64,000 nt of DNA from Eledone cirrhosa (lineage: Eukaryota), in the NCBI GenBank assembly GCA_964016885.1, contig OZ024747.1:51212001-51276000 (forward strand). The letters run 5' to 3'. Below the pieces are notes generated by a model. It saw only the letters and a program-made list of their open reading frames with translations, was not told the DNA's origin and did no database searches. Below are positions 38,236 to 53,404 of this stretch, one piece after another. How positions within the stretch are numbered: position 1 is the first letter of the stretch; each line of letters opens with the position of its first letter. The position numbers and the translations under genes are program-made.

Positions 38236-38922
38236 AGCAAATTTAAATACTCTCATATATATATATATAACTTTGTTGGTTTGTACCTTTCTCTATATGT
38301 TTATGCGTGTATTTATGTGTGTATATGCTTAACTATGTTTAGTGAATAATCATATAACCAGGACTGCGTAAGTATGCATATAACTTTTAAAAAATTGGTT
38401 ATAATTATTTGCCAGTAACACAAAGAAAGCGTTACGCATAAGAAATTCGTGAAGGATTGTCCACCATATCTAACATCTGTATATACACGCACACACTCAC
38501 ACACACTCTCACACAAAGACACATACATACACACACACACTCACAAATACGCACGCCCACACATACACATATATACAGAAGGACACACACACAACACAAA
38601 CACATACATACACCAACACATACCTACACATACACACGCTCAAACATAGTTATACATCCATGCACAAGATAAACACAAAAATGCGCTCATACAGATTTAC
38701 ACTCAGATACACATATATGTATGTGGCCGTATGGATGTAGTACAAACAGACATACTCACACATTCACACATACTAATGCACATACAAATATACATATATA
38801 TATATATATACACACATCCATATATGCTTATGTACAGACAAATATGCATATATATATATTATTTGCCTACATAGCGCACTCTTTTTTCCTGGACTTTTCC
38901 GATGGAATTACTTCATTCATAC

Positions 38923-38954
<32 letters not shown>

Positions 38955-39070
38955 GTGTGTGTGTGTGTGTAGGAGGTGAGTTTTATTGTAGCACGATAAA
39001 GCAATGCAAATATCGGATAAGTAGCACTCAACCTCAGTTTATAGGACTGGAGTATAAATAATATAAGATC

Positions 39071-39312
39071 AAAAGATGGTTACAAAAGTTCCATATATTT
39101 TATTATGCGCATTTCGAAAACAACATCATCCTGGGACAAAAAAATATCCAGTCTACATATTATAGACTGGACACTTTCTTGTTGACAAGTGTTTTTAGGC
39201 CTCATATCATGTTACCTTATTTTATCTGATGAGAACACAATTTTTGTCCCAGGATGATGTTTTTTTCGAAATGGGCATAATAAAATATATGGAACTTTTG
39301 TAACCATCTTTT
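39071..39312. mobile_element. Fold-back HHR element F10
   Basis: 39071-39142 is the reverse complement of 39241-39312; adjacent to (TA)n. Confidence 0.7.
39219..39286 (+). ncRNA. Type I hammerhead ribozyme (F10)
   Basis: AUUUUAU-CUGAUGA-GAA...UUC-GAAA-U-GGGC-A-UA-AUAAAAU. 7-bp stem I; the inverted arm has palindromic UGCGCA in stem III. Confidence 0.7.
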
Positions 39313-39341
39313 AATTTCTTCTTTATATCTATGTATATATA

Positions 39342-39444
<103 letters not shown>

Positions 39445-39855
39445 ATATACATAGATATATACAACTAATATGACTGCATACAAATATGTATACACACAAA
39501 TTCTTACATGCATATACAAATCGAAATATACATACACATACATAATTCGATAGATATATTGATAGATAGATAGATAGGTAGGTAGGTAGGTAGGTAGGTA
39601 GGTAGATAGATAGATATATATATTTCTTTATTTGCCACAAGGGCGCACAAGAAAAGGGGACAATACAAAGACATGCCGGGGATTTTACATACAGTCGTGT
39701 AAAAAATATAAAACAAACAATTATAACAATCGAAATCCCCAATAGGGGGGAAGCGCCACAAATGGGTTGTTTAATACCCCGTCGATAGAACAACCCTCAA
39801 CTCCAGGAGCGTGTTGTGCAAGTGCTCCTTTCTTCCTTTTGCTCTCTTCTTCAAC

Positions 39856-42800
39856 CTACAGGCTTATAAATAGAGAAGGCCCAATCACTCGGGCCATTTT
39901 CGCTTCATTCACCCACCTTTCAGTAAATTTACTGGAGTGCAGTGCCTCTCTCTCCACTCTGATTCTCCTTCTAAAGTGATACTTAAAGAAGGTAATCAAT
40001 TGTTGTCCGGAGAGAAAGGTATTTGACCTCAGTCCTCTCAATCTCGTCCACCATATAACTTCTTTCACCATAGCCACCGTACAGAGGAAAACCGCCACTC
40101 TTTCGTTTTTTAAAGAAGCTGGCGGTTTGATCCTTACTATGGACTCGGCAGTCAACTGGATTTGTCCCATACGCGACAGCAGTTGTTCTGCATAGTTCCA
40201 CAAGTCGCTTACGTCCGGGCAGTGTACAATTGGGTGCAGGACTGTTTCAATCCTGCGCGCATCTTGGACACGTCCTCTTGGAAGGATCCCTGCCGGGGCG
40301 TCCGTGGCTGTGGATCTTGTCACGAACTGGTAGAGCTCTTCGGTAGCACTGCCAGGCCAGGGACCTCTGGATGTTGTCCATAGGTCCCGAGCGGAAAGTC
40401 CTACCAAACAGACTGGTGAGCTCATCGTCGTCGACGTCCGGAGTCTCTCCGAGCACGTCGTCGCCCTTGTAACGTACAATCCCTCTATAGAATGTCGAAG
40501 TGGAGTCTCCACTGATTGCTGCGCCCGCTTGCCAGAGGACTGTGAGCGCATGAGCGCATTCAATGTGCCAGGCGTCCATCGTTTTCGGTCTTTTCTTGAC
40601 CTAGGACTGCAGTTCCGTCAGCGAGACGAGCTGTGGGAAAGCCTCTTTAATAAACGGTGCCCACACCGGTTGGGGGTCGGTGAGGAATAGCTGGAGATGC
40701 CGCAGCCTCAGCGCATGTTTGCACATCATCAGCCATGGGATTCCCAGCCTTCCGTTGGAAGGGTGCTGACAGGGACGGATCTCCTCACCAGCGGAGCCTG
40801 CTTTTTCCACAGAAACTGGAAGAGCATGCGTTCCATCTTGGCGAGGTGTTCGCGGGCACAAGACACGACAGTCAAGCGGTAGTAGATGACGGACGCTATG
40901 AAAGTGTTCGCCACCTCCGCTCGATCTTTCAAGGACAGTCTGCACTTAGCCCACTTCTGGGGGTGAGTGCAAACACCTTGGCCGTGACCTCGTTCCAGTT
41001 TTTCTCCACCTGGAGGTCTGGACCGAACCAGACCCCGAGCAATTTCTACGGCCTGTCCGTCCAACGACGTTGTCGGACGTCATCGCTTTGCCTCTCCACG
41101 TACCGAGTTGCAAACCGACAGACTTGTCCGGGTTTTGCTCACGTCAGCGTTTCGTATTCTTTCAGTAAGTTGCCGATCACCCCGATTTCCGAGGTGCTCG
41201 ACACCATTACCGTCACATCGTCGGCATAAGCCGATGCCGCTTTGCGCAGTCCCGGTTCTAGAGGGATTCCATGCAACAGCTCCAATTTCCGCAGTAGTGG
41301 CTCTAGAGTCAATACATGCAGAATAGAGGAGAGAGGGCACCCTTGTCGAATGGAACGCGTGATTGCGAAGGGCTCCGATAGGTAGCCGTTCACCTTGACC
41401 CTCGAGCAGATGCTGGTGTACATCGCCTCGATCCAGCCTCTGAACACGGGACCGAGACCGGCCGCCTTGAGAACCGCTTCCAAGTATCGATGGTCGACCC
41501 TATCGAATGCCTTAGACTGATCCAAGCCACACCGAAGCCGGGTTTACTACCCAGCCTCTCTATGATGTATCGCATGAGGTGGAGGTTATCGTGTATGGAC
41601 CTGGTCGGGATTGCACACTTTTGCGCTTTCCCTACCAGGTTCTCGACGACAAGCGCCAACCTCGTCGCTAGCACCTTGGGCAAAATCTTTAACTCTGTGT
41701 TGAGCAGAGTTATGGACCTGAAATTGTTAATTTCGTCCCCCTTGTTCTCGTCTTTCCTGATCAGCGTTACTACGCCCTTGCCTACAGAACTGGGAATTCC
41801 CCCGTTCTGCTGCCAATTTCAGTAGACGGCTTCGAGGACGCCAGAGAACAAGTCCGGCATGCCTATGTAAAACTCATAGGGTAGACCATCTAGATCGGGT
41901 TACTTGCGTTCCCGCAGCGGCCCAGAGCGTCCTGTATTTCAGTGTCCGTGATAGGTCTTTTGCAGAACTCGGCGTCCGCGTTCGAGAGACGCGGCAGGCC
42001 GTCGAGGTATGAACTAAAGTCCATTGCCCCATTCGGCTCACCGTCGTTCTGCTCAAACAGTCGCACAAAGTGCTGCTGAAAGGCCGCGCGTATTTGCTTG
42101 GGGTCAAGTAGCACGCGTCGTTTTGGTTTTCAAAGAACGAATCGTTGACTTGTTGCCACTTTTTGCCTCCGCCACTCGGGCCCAGCTGACAGCTTTCTCT
42201 CCTTCGTTTCCTAGAACACGTGTTTTACTTCTGACCACGCAGCCTTCGTGTTTCGCATCGAAGTACTGGTCCAGTGCCGTTCTCAACGCTAACACTCTAG
42301 CCGCGTTGCCACTTATAAGTGCCTCCTCTACCTTGGCTACTAGTTCTCTTTCTACTTTGTGTATCTCTAAGGCTAACTCTCTGCTAAACCCTATCGATTA
42401 TATTCTAATTGCTTTCTTGAGAGTGTACCACCATCTATTGTTGACGATGGCTCCCGTTAACTGTTGCTTGACTAGTCTACTTATCCGTTCACTGTAAGCT
42501 TTACGTGCTGGCAACGTCACATTCAGCTTCCAGTATCCGGGTCCTTGTTTATGTGTTCTATCACGGCTGACTAAGCAGACGACTAATTTGTGATGTGAAT
42601 AGGCAACCATGTGCATTCATGGACAGCTTAACATCACCTTGTCCCTTTCTCTAATGAAGAACGTATATAAATACGATTTAGATGTCCCGCTGCGGTTTGC
42701 CCACGTTCCCTGTGGTGCAGTCGGGAAATCCAGTCGATACGTATCGGCCAGTTGGAATTGGCCGATTAAAGTGTTGAGGCTGTTGCACCCCCTCTACTGG

Positions 42801-43275
42801 GACATGCTCCCACATAGTCCCATCGTGCATTTAGGATACCATTCCAGTCCCCGACTAAATGTAAGGAGCGAGACGTTCCCAGAAAAGATTCTAGACGCTT
42901 AAAGAAGTCTGGCCGTGATTGCGATTGCCCGCTCGAGGCATAAACGGACACCAGTCTGAAGGCTCCACCTCCAATACTGTTCACGACTAGGACTACCAGT
43001 CTACCCTCTGGGTCCAAGTGTACTTGCTGTACTTCGACGTCCGGGTTCTTCCGAAACATGACAGCCACTCCACCTCCACCTCCTGGCTGACAGAGAGATG
43101 CGTAGATCTCAAAGTCGTCGAAGATGGGGGTTAGTTGCTGCCTGTTGCGGATCCTGGACTCGGTGATGGCTATCACATCCATACCGTGTGATCTAAGGTC
43201 GTTGAAAAGTTGGCCCTGATTCCAGGCTATCACTAGGCCACGCATATTCACGGTTCCAACTTGTAAACCAGCCAT
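39856..43275 (-). pseudogene. LINE ORF2: APE endonuclease + reverse transcriptase, frameshifted
   Basis: VGTVNMRGL, DVIAITESR, LVSVYAS, VGDWNGIL, GPGYWKLN, KVLATRL, DQSKAFDRVDH, IRQGCPLS, AYADDVTV and CPRC...H..VHCP, spread over several frames. Confidence 0.93.
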
Positions 43276-43316
43276 GTTGGTGAAGAAGAGTTGGAGAAAA
43301 AGGACGAAAGGTGCAC

Positions 43317-44694
43317 TTACCTTTTTGTTTCCTGGAGATCGGGTTGGTCAATCTCCATTTGGGTGCTGGATGGGGTGTTGGGTGGGTTGGGGAAACATTT
43401 TAACAGGACGCGGTTGATGGGTTTCTGGCAGGGGTTGCCCGCGTCCTGTGAAAATTTATTTTTCAGGTCATTATAGGTTTCCATAGAAACCCTTATAAAT
43501 TTAAGGTGTGGAGACGATTCTGCCTTGACGAAAGTTTTACCCTCCGTCTCCACCTTGGGGTTTTGGGAGATGACCTCCATCAAACTCTTGTTGTTTGTGT
43601 TGATGTATGCGTATTGTTGTTTGTGTTTTTGTTGTGTTGTTTTAGTTTGTTGTTCGTCCGGGAGTTTTCTTTTTATGGTGGGTGCTTGGTTTGGGGTGGT
43701 GTTTTTTTAATGATGTTGTTGTGGTGTGTTTGTAAAGGACAAGAGGCTTTTAGGTGTGCTGTGCTACCACAGCGAAAGCAATGAAATTTTCTTCCTTCTA
43801 CAGAAATGTTTATTTTGTTGTTATCATCGATGACGACTCTTTCGGGTATTTTGGAGATTCTCTCCGGCCTCATTTGCAACAGAATCTCCAAATCAGTACC
43901 CGCCCACCTTTGTCGAATAGACTTTCGTATCGAAAGAATCATATCAGTTTCTGGCTCTAAGAAGCCAGCCAAGATCCACCAGATGTTAATGTTTGGGGGT
44001 ATATTTTTAATTTTTATTTTTTGTGTCCTTTTCCCCATGTATGTAAGGAAAAAATGAATGCTTTTGACACCATTGGTGTCACAGAATGTTTTTGGGTGAG
44101 TGCCTCCCTTTTAAACAGTACGGAAACACTTCCGTACTGTTTTCCTCGTTGGAGAAATTCGATATTTGCTAGAATTTCTTTCAAGGTATTTTCTATATCT
44201 CCTTGGCTAACAAATATCGGCTTTCTCGTGGTATTGGACACAGTCCTAAAGATCACTGATCTTCGAACTGTGTCTTCTTTTATTTCAAGGGGGTGGGTTA
44301 ATTCTAAACCCACCCTTTTCTCCGAAAGTTACACATTTTCTCCCTTGCTGGAGCATATCTCTTGCATTGGAGATGTCAAGATTTATGAAATAAAATCTTG
44401 TTTTTTGTTCACTGTTTCAGTGAAAGACATTTTTGGGGGGTGGTGTTGCTGTTGTTGTTGTTGTTATCATTGTTAGCCTCGGTGTTGGAAATCTCAGTTC
44501 CTTGACGAGGTGAAACTTTATGTGTAGATGTATCTGTGGAGTTGTTGATGTTGTTTTTTTCATGTGTATGTATGTTAATGGGTTTAATTCGTGTGTTTTC
44601 ATTTTTTTTCTGCTTCGACGGTAAAAATTGTACAATCTTCAAGTGGCAATATTTTTTTCCCTTTGTTGACAGTCGTATCTATGGTGACGTCCAT
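43317..44694 (-). pseudogene. LINE ORF1 (gag-like, CCHC zinc knuckle), frameshifted; start approximate
   Basis: CFRCGSTAHLKASC (CX2CX4HX4C) at ~43739-43780 and IKIKNIPP. Lies directly upstream of ORF2. Confidence 0.8.
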
Positions 44695-44970
44695 AGTAGC
44701 AGAAGCAGATATAACGTTAAAATCTGCCTCTTTCTCTCTTTTCTCTGTCGACGTTCTACAGCGTTCCCTTCGTGTTATTCATGTATTATAGATGGCAAAA
44801 TTTGATATTTTAAAGCAATTTTTAAATTAAATTTTCGCCCCTAAAGGAATTACCACCCAGCTGAGAATTCAGCTTGGGGGTTAATCTACAAAATTATATG
44901 TTTTTTCAAACAATTTGTTCTGTTTTTCGTATATAAATTTACAAAAACTCTTACCGGTGATGTTCCACGC

Positions 44971-45002
<32 letters not shown>

Positions 45003-45147
45003 CGTACATAAATGAATGCACACATACATTCGTATACTAAATACATATTCATAGACGCGTATGTCTCAAACATACGAACATACTGCTGAAAACATGGCAA
45101 TATTGAACGTATATACAGTTTCAATAAGCGCATATGTATATGTATGC

Positions 45148-45196
<49 letters not shown>

Positions 45197-45691
45197 TGTG
45201 TGTGTGTTTCTGTATGTGTGTGTATGTATGTATGTGTGTGAGTGTGAGTATCGTGGTTGGGGCATGTATTTCTGTGTGGCAAACTGAATATTTTTCAAAT
45301 GTTCACGCTGTGTTTGTGTATTTAATGATTTCTTAACGGTTGTCAAACTACCACTAATATATGTAAATTAGAGCACCCACATGTGAACTAAGAACCATTT
45401 TCAAAGCCGCTATAAGCTACTTCTTTTTCTTAGCATTGCGGCGAATGGGGTTAAGCGGACTCTGAATAGTATTTTATAAGAAATTTTGAAGCGAAACGCA
45501 GTTAGATACCAGCGCCATGTTGTCGAGAACTGAAGGTAAACTTCTCCCCCTTCCCCACACTCTTTTCAAAGGCGAGTTTTATGTTTCAAATACAAAAATA
45601 TACTTGGCTATGTTGAATAATTCTTCCCACCCTGTATCTCTCTTTCTTTCCGTTTCTTTGTGTACACACACACACACACACACACACACAA

Positions 45692-45780
<89 letters not shown>

Positions 45781-46591
45781 CATATATATATGTCTATATG
45801 TGTGTGTGTGCGTGTGTATCTGTGTGCGTGCTGTGTGTGTGCGTGTGTGTGTACAACATAAACGGAGACAACAAACCAAACAACACTGTACAATGAAGAA
45901 ATGTATTAGTTTAACTCTTGATGAAGAAGAGCAAAAAGTCGTTATGTTTCGGAAACTAATCCTTCATCAAAAGATAGAATGAGAAATAAACGATAAAATA
46001 AAAAGATAGATAGAAAGAAGAGGTAAGAACGGACCTTATTTCTCCATCAGAAGATAGAATGAAAGATATAAGATAGAAGTAGAAATAGAAAGATATACGA
46101 GAGTAAGGAGTGGAAGAAACGGAAATGTTTATGCAGGTGGATTTCGCATATGTGTTTAGAGATAAACATGAAACCTTTGAAACAAAGTATGATAATCGAC
46201 TGGAATTTTAATAGTATATTTACCCACACATTATTCTAACTGACAGAGAAAACACTGTAGAAAGTTGGAACGGCTTGCAATAGGGACAACAGCTTATCAC
46301 GGAATATAGGCTTTTCAGAACCGGAGATGTGAAAGTAACATTGCGCGTGGTAAGTATATGATTTAACAGAAGCGTTGAGTAGAACCGCTCCTGGAACAGT
46401 GAAACTGATGGAATTTTATTGAATCAATTATGAACGCTTTTCTCTAATTATTAGGTTTGATTCTTAAGTAATTCTAAAGCTTTAATCCTCCTTACATCAT
46501 CCCACTTAAAGTTTCTCTAACAGTCATTCATTGAATCACTGACTAAGTGGATGGTGATGAGCGTGTATGTGTTCGGTGTGTGTGGGTGCGT

Positions 46592-46636
<45 letters not shown>

Positions 46637-46653
46637 TGTGTGTGTGTGTGTTC

Positions 46654-46742
<89 letters not shown>

Positions 46743-47000
46743 CGCTACACCACACGATTTATAAATATTAAACGTTGATAAATGTTTATGTATATATATA
46801 TATATAAATATATATACATGTCTATATGTGAATACACATGCACACGCACACACACACACACACACACACACGCGCACATATACATAGAGAGGAAGAGAGA
46901 GGAAAGAGAGATAGAGAGAGAAAGACAATATGTGTGAGAATTTCTGTTTGCATACATGTATTGGAATTTAGATGAATGCAAATATATAGAATCTCGTCTG

Positions 47001-47045
<45 letters not shown>

Positions 47046-47182
47046 ATGTGTGTGTAAGAGTGTGAGAGTGTGTGTGTTTTTGTGTGTGTATGTTCATATA
47101 TATATATATATATATATATATAAATCTATATATATGTACACACACACACATATATATATATATATGTTTGTGTGTGTGCTTA

Positions 47183-47439
<257 letters not shown>

Positions 47440-47891
47440 ATAGAGGGTGAAAGAGAGCGGGGCGGAATCTACTTGCACACATACATCAGTACATAAATGC
47501 AGCAGTACAATGAATAGTACTATATTACAAAAGTATTTACAATTAATAGTGACTTTGTTCCAAAGTCGAATTAATTCGTTTCTTAATTGAGTTTGAGCAA
47601 TTAATTTCAGCAGCGTAGCTTTCCGGATCAGTAATACTCATCAAATTAGTAAGGCGATCGTTTCATCCGAGTAAATCAGAAAGACATAACATTAACATTT
47701 GATAGAACTATCGAGATAGAACCCTGCCGTACACCACCATCAATCGGACCACTATAATGAAGGACTCTTTTGGAAAAGCACCAAACAATTCCAGCTCCGA
47801 CCCCTTTTGACTCCGAGTCAGTGGGAAGATGTGTCAGTTAGACTGTGTGTCGTTATATGCGTCTGCGTATTATGTGTGTGTGTACACACAT

Positions 47892-48004
<113 letters not shown>

Positions 48005-48078
48005 CACAAACTAATATATATATATATAATTAGAGAACACCACAATCTCATTCGCACACATTTACACACACAGGCACA

Positions 48079-48137
<59 letters not shown>

Positions 48138-48151
48138 ACATATATATATAC

Positions 48152-48182
<31 letters not shown>

Positions 48183-48215
48183 CATATATATACATACACA
48201 TACACACACACACTA

Positions 48216-48252
<37 letters not shown>

Positions 48253-48362
48253 TATACATATATATATATACATACACACACACACTAATATATATATATA
48301 TATATAATTAGAGAACACCACAATCTCATTCGCACACATTTACACACACACAAGCACAAATA

Positions 48363-48434
<72 letters not shown>

Positions 48435-48940
48435 CATACACAGACACTCACACACACACTAATATATATATATATAATTAGAGAACACCACGATCTCTTT
48501 CGCACACATACACATATATGTATATGGTATATATATATATGTGCGTGTGTGTGAGTGTGTGTGTGTCTGTGTGAGTGTGTATGTGTGCTTGGATTTGTGA
48601 GTGTGTTTGCTTTGTGTGGCTGGCAATGTTCTCATTGTGTGTTGTGCGTGGGCGTCCGTGTATTTAATTACGTAACTCGTATTACAAATTTCATGTGGAT
48701 GTGGATGTTTTGAGATATATGTGTGCATTTGCATGTTTTGTATCTGTATATGTGTATAGGCAGTTATTTCATGCGGAAGTTTTGTAATTATTTACATAAT
48801 TTTACAGTTCCATTAATGGATTCTACTTGTAACTATGTATGTATGTATGTATGTATGTATGTATGTATGTATGTATGTATGTATGTATGTATGTATGTAT
48901 GTATGTATGTATGTACGTATGTATATATGTATGTATGTTT

Positions 48941-49551
48941 GTCAGGTCACCAGATGGTGCTACTGGTAACATGTATTCCAGTACAACCTGTCCCATGGTC
49001 GGGTCGTTGGCGACTAAACTGGCAACCCCACCCAGGTTTCTTGGTGAGGTGGGTGACTTTGGACATCCTGCAGGACTAAAAACAAAACCTGTCAAATTGG
49101 CAAAGAGCTCTTAAGAGTCAGTGGCCATCCAAAATCACTGGGAGAGATGACCCCTTAGCCTTTATCAAGGCAGAATTCTAGGAGAAGGAAAACTCTGATA
49201 TAACACCTGCAACCCTGATGGTATCCAATGATGTTGACATGTTCTTCTTTTTGGTAAATATCATCTTGGTTAAGAGAGTGGGACTGGCTTTGTGCAGTGC
49301 CTTTGCTCACTATAAAAGCTTCACGGCACAGGCATTGCTTTATATCTGGAGTTATCTCTGCACTTGTCGTCACATGGTATCATGGGCCCAGCACTATGTG
49401 TCAATAATTGTCATAAGTGTAGTGTTTGTACCAGAGTTTTCAAGTCGCTGGCTGGACTAAAAAGTCACACTCGTTCAGCGCATCGGTAGGGGTTCTCCTA
49501 CATGGATATAAAGTAGTGGCCGTACTCGAAAACGAGTTGGCAGCCACCATG
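48941..49551 (+). mobile_element. RTE-derived bipartite non-autonomous element, full copy
   Basis: Near-identical to 30643-31284; embedded in (TATG)n. Confidence 0.8.
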
Positions 49552-49582
49552 TATGTATGTATGTGTGTGTGTCTGTGTATGA

Positions 49583-50075
49583 ATGGTCGGGTACTCGGCG
49601 GCTAAATCGTCAAACCCGCCAAGCTTTCTTGGTGAGGCTGGTGAATTTGGACACACTGAAAAACCAAACCCCCTCAAAGGGCGGAGGAAATCAAGAGAGT
49701 CAATGGCTATCCAATAAAGTATTGATTTTTGTAGAGCGAGAGAGTCCTAGTCTTCATTAAGTCATCTCTTTGGGAGAAGGTCATTGTGATATAAAACCTA
49801 CGACTTCATTTGCATCCAATGATGTAGACCAGTTCTTCTTTTAGGGTAAATGCATTCGACGTTTAAAGAATGAGATTGGCCCCGTGTAATGCATTTACTT
49901 ATTTATAAAAGCTTAAACCGAGGCATCGCTTTATATGTGACATTTTTTGTGATACTTGGCATAACTGGCCATAGGTGGGTCCCTAGCAGGACTAGGATAC
50001 CACGTCCATGATGCTCGTGCTTAAGTATCAATCGATGACATTACTCAAAATCGAGTTGCAGCCATCATTATCATG
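49583..50075 (+). mobile_element. Older diverged relative of the RTE-derived element
   Basis: Colinear motifs TGGTCGGG, TTTCTTGGTGAGG, AGAGTCAATGGC, GCATCCAATGATGT and CGAGTTGCAGCCA; ATGT tail. Confidence 0.7.
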
Positions 50076-50633
50076 TATGTATGGGCAGGTTTACTAGATC
50101 TAGCTTGACCGAAGCAAAATTGGTGATCATTTAGGAGAGAAACAGAGAGATTCAATGTATTGGATAAATGACTGCATTAGTAGTTAGTGTGATGGTTAAC
50201 ATGTTCTAGGCATTGTCTGTATTTGGGGTGGGATACACTGTAGCCTTATTCTAAAGTTTTTAGTATTACATTTATGATTCATCTGCATTGCGTAAGCTTT
50301 AGTAGGGAAAAGATATTTTCAATTTTCTTCAATGTTTCGTAAACGAAAAAAAATGTTACCTCATTCCTAAGCTAAAATATTAAAGCTTGCAAAAGAGAAA
50401 TAGTCAGAGGCAATGTAGTGTAATGGTTAAAAGCACCCGTCCGGGATATGATAGATAATGGGTTCGATCCCATTAGGCAGCTCAAAAGTGGTACATTACC
50501 TGACTTATTTGACTATTATGCATAATTCGTATACATTGAGTTGGTTTTCATAAAGCAAATCGTATTTTAATACAAACACATAGAAACACACACACACACA
50601 CACACGCACACACACACATATATATATATATAT

Positions 50634-50808
50634 ATGAATGTATATATAGTGTATTTTGCAATACACTGTATGCTTATTTAAAAGCATTTCGAAGACCTTA
50701 CGCATTTCGAAGACCTTACGCACCAATTCTAAGTTTCAATTTCTGCTTGACCGGAAACCGCTCTGTATAATCAGTGTATTGCAAAATACACTATATATAC
50801 ATTCATAT
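50634..50808. mobile_element. Short fold-back copy of family F5
   Basis: ATGAATGTATATATAGTGTATTTTGCAATACACTG and its reverse complement at 50772-50806; similar to 15113-15184. Confidence 0.6.
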
Positions 50809-50838
50809 ATATATCGCTCTTTCAGAGGACCAATTCTA

Positions 50839-50902
<64 letters not shown>

Positions 50903-51082
50903 AGGGAGAAAGTGGGAGATAGAATGATTTCTACATTCATTCCCATAAAAGGGCAGAAAAAATATATACGGTTTACATAATGAAATTAAACTTATCTACA
51001 TATAGGGAGTGTGTTAATAAAGACACGCAAATACGCACACATGTATATACATACAAGCCCTCATATACATACATCTCTTTCT

Positions 51083-51128
<46 letters not shown>

Positions 51129-51377
51129 ATATGTATATATATAAATATATATATGTATATTACACAAACATTTATAAGTATATGTGTGTTAGTGTGTGTG
51201 TGTGTGTTAGTGTGTGTAACCACAGTCACTCACATATAGTCATCAAAAAAGGGTTATTTACTTGTCTACTTTTTCACTTAATGTAGACATAAAAAATTAC
51301 TTGTAAACACAAGATCGTTTATTGTTATATACACACATATATATGTGTGCGTTTATATATATATATATATATAGTGA

Positions 51378-51456
<79 letters not shown>

Positions 51457-51530
51457 GGAAAGAGAAAGATTTACATATATACATATATATATATATATAT
51501 ATACATACATGCATATATATATATATACAT

Positions 51531-51595
<65 letters not shown>

Positions 51596-51768
51596 TACAT
51601 ATGTATAAATTAATTCGTTTATATTTGTGGGTATGTATATATATATATATATACATACACACACACATATATATATATATATATACTCGCACACATACAT
51701 ATGTATAAATTAATTCGTTTATATTTGTGGGTATGTATGTATAAACATACATACATACTTACACACAT

Positions 51769-51831
<63 letters not shown>

Positions 51832-53404
51832 TGTGTTTGTGTGTCTATATGTGTAAGGGGCTGACAAATTTAATTGAGCAAAAGTCTGATAACGTATCTC
51901 TGTAGTTAATTGGAATTTAATTCGGTTTGAACAGAGCCAAAACATCAGTACATCACTCACAACGCCAAATGGATGTTATAGCTTGTAGTTTTCAACGTAA
52001 AATTAAAATTTTATTTCATTATTTACCTATTGTTATCATTCAAATTATTATTTTATTTCCTTTGTCAGTGTTGTTATTATTATTATCATTATTGTTATTT
52101 TTATTATATTGATTATTTTTTTATCATTGTTGTCATTATTATGAATATTATCATTATTATTATTGTTGGTGTTGTTATTGTTGCTCTTATTATTATTATT
52201 ATCATTTTCAGCCAATCAAAAACTAAATAGACTTCTGTCCGACCTACTCACATCTCGCTGGGAAACATTTATTTTTTTGTTTAAATTGTTTTGGCTTAAT
52301 TTTTTTGCGATCATTTTTATCAAAAAAATATCTTTTGTTTTATTTAATTATATATTTATATATTTATTTATTGCTTTATTCTACTATAATTAAATGATCA
52401 GCAGCTTATTAAACTGTAGTTATTCTACTGTGAAATTTTAACCCCTTTAAATGGAAAAAATGAAGTCAGTGTTTTCGACTTAGTTCCAGTCGTTAGAAAT
52501 TTCACTCTTTGATGTGCTCTGAGTTTGATCAGTCTACAATTCCCTCCCTACAATTTAAAAAGAAAAACTTCATTCAAATTTGGCACTGGTCGCTTAGCTA
52601 TAAATGTGTAACATAGAAAGAATGTATCCAAGCAGAGAAGAAATCTATCTATCTTGCGAGCTAGTTAACTTGGTATCTTGCAACAGAATGGAACCCAGGA
52701 ACAAGTTGGTGCAGTTAATCTTGGTGACGGATTAAGTTTACCACGTAAGTAGTTCACAACAAAATGTGAACACAGAACCCAACCAGACAGAATTAATACT
52801 GTAGGGTTTCTCGTCCGGTGTTTTAACAATTTCGCTATAACTTCACCTGGGATTGGACATTTATTTTATGAATACCGAATGGAGGAGAGACAAACTTGAC
52901 GTCAACGTGATCTCAAAGTATAAAAAGCCAATTCACTGTCTTATTTTGGCAATTGTATCTGTGATGACTTTTATTCTAGTTCGCTTTAAATGTTATATAT
53001 TGAATGGTGGATTATCTGAGTACCAAGATGTGAGATGAATATCTACGAAAAACTACAGATATTTACAAAACAGTGTTTTTGAACACTTTAAACTAATGCA
53101 CAAAACAAGTTAAAAATGAAGACATCGTATCTTCAAAAGTATTTACTATTTCAAATTTTATTCATATTATTTAAGTTATATAAATTTCTGACAATATAAA
53201 TTCTCCAAATATGAAAAAATTTGAAACGAAACAGCAACAAAATGTTGAAGATGAAGAATTTCTTTTGTTTTGTATTTTATCAGTATTAGATTTCTTTCAC
53301 ATTCGTCTGTAATTCTTCCTTCTTTTTTATTTATTTTCTTTGTAGAATGTCCCTTCTGTTGGAATTATCAATAAGATATACCATGGGTCAGTTGTTGATA
53401 ATTA

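Larger units (their letters stand above)
39623..44973 (-). mobile_element. Near full-length L1/Tx1-clade non-LTR retrotransposon (inactive)
   Basis: 5' UTR, ORF1 and ORF2 (APE-RT-Zn knuckle), with AATAAA at 39627-39632 (minus). Higher GC than the flanks. (TC)n upstream and (TA)/(TCTA)n downstream. Confidence 0.92.

Noticed and set aside
45928-45975. Minus-strand UUGAUGA-AGGA..UUCC-GAAA motif
   Set aside because: Core substitutions and no stem I/III; at best a fossil.
50410-50485. tRNA-like sequence (GTAGTGTAATGGTTAA..GGTTCGATCCC)
   Set aside because: The acceptor and anticodon stems do not pair; probably a decayed SINE head rather than a tRNA gene.
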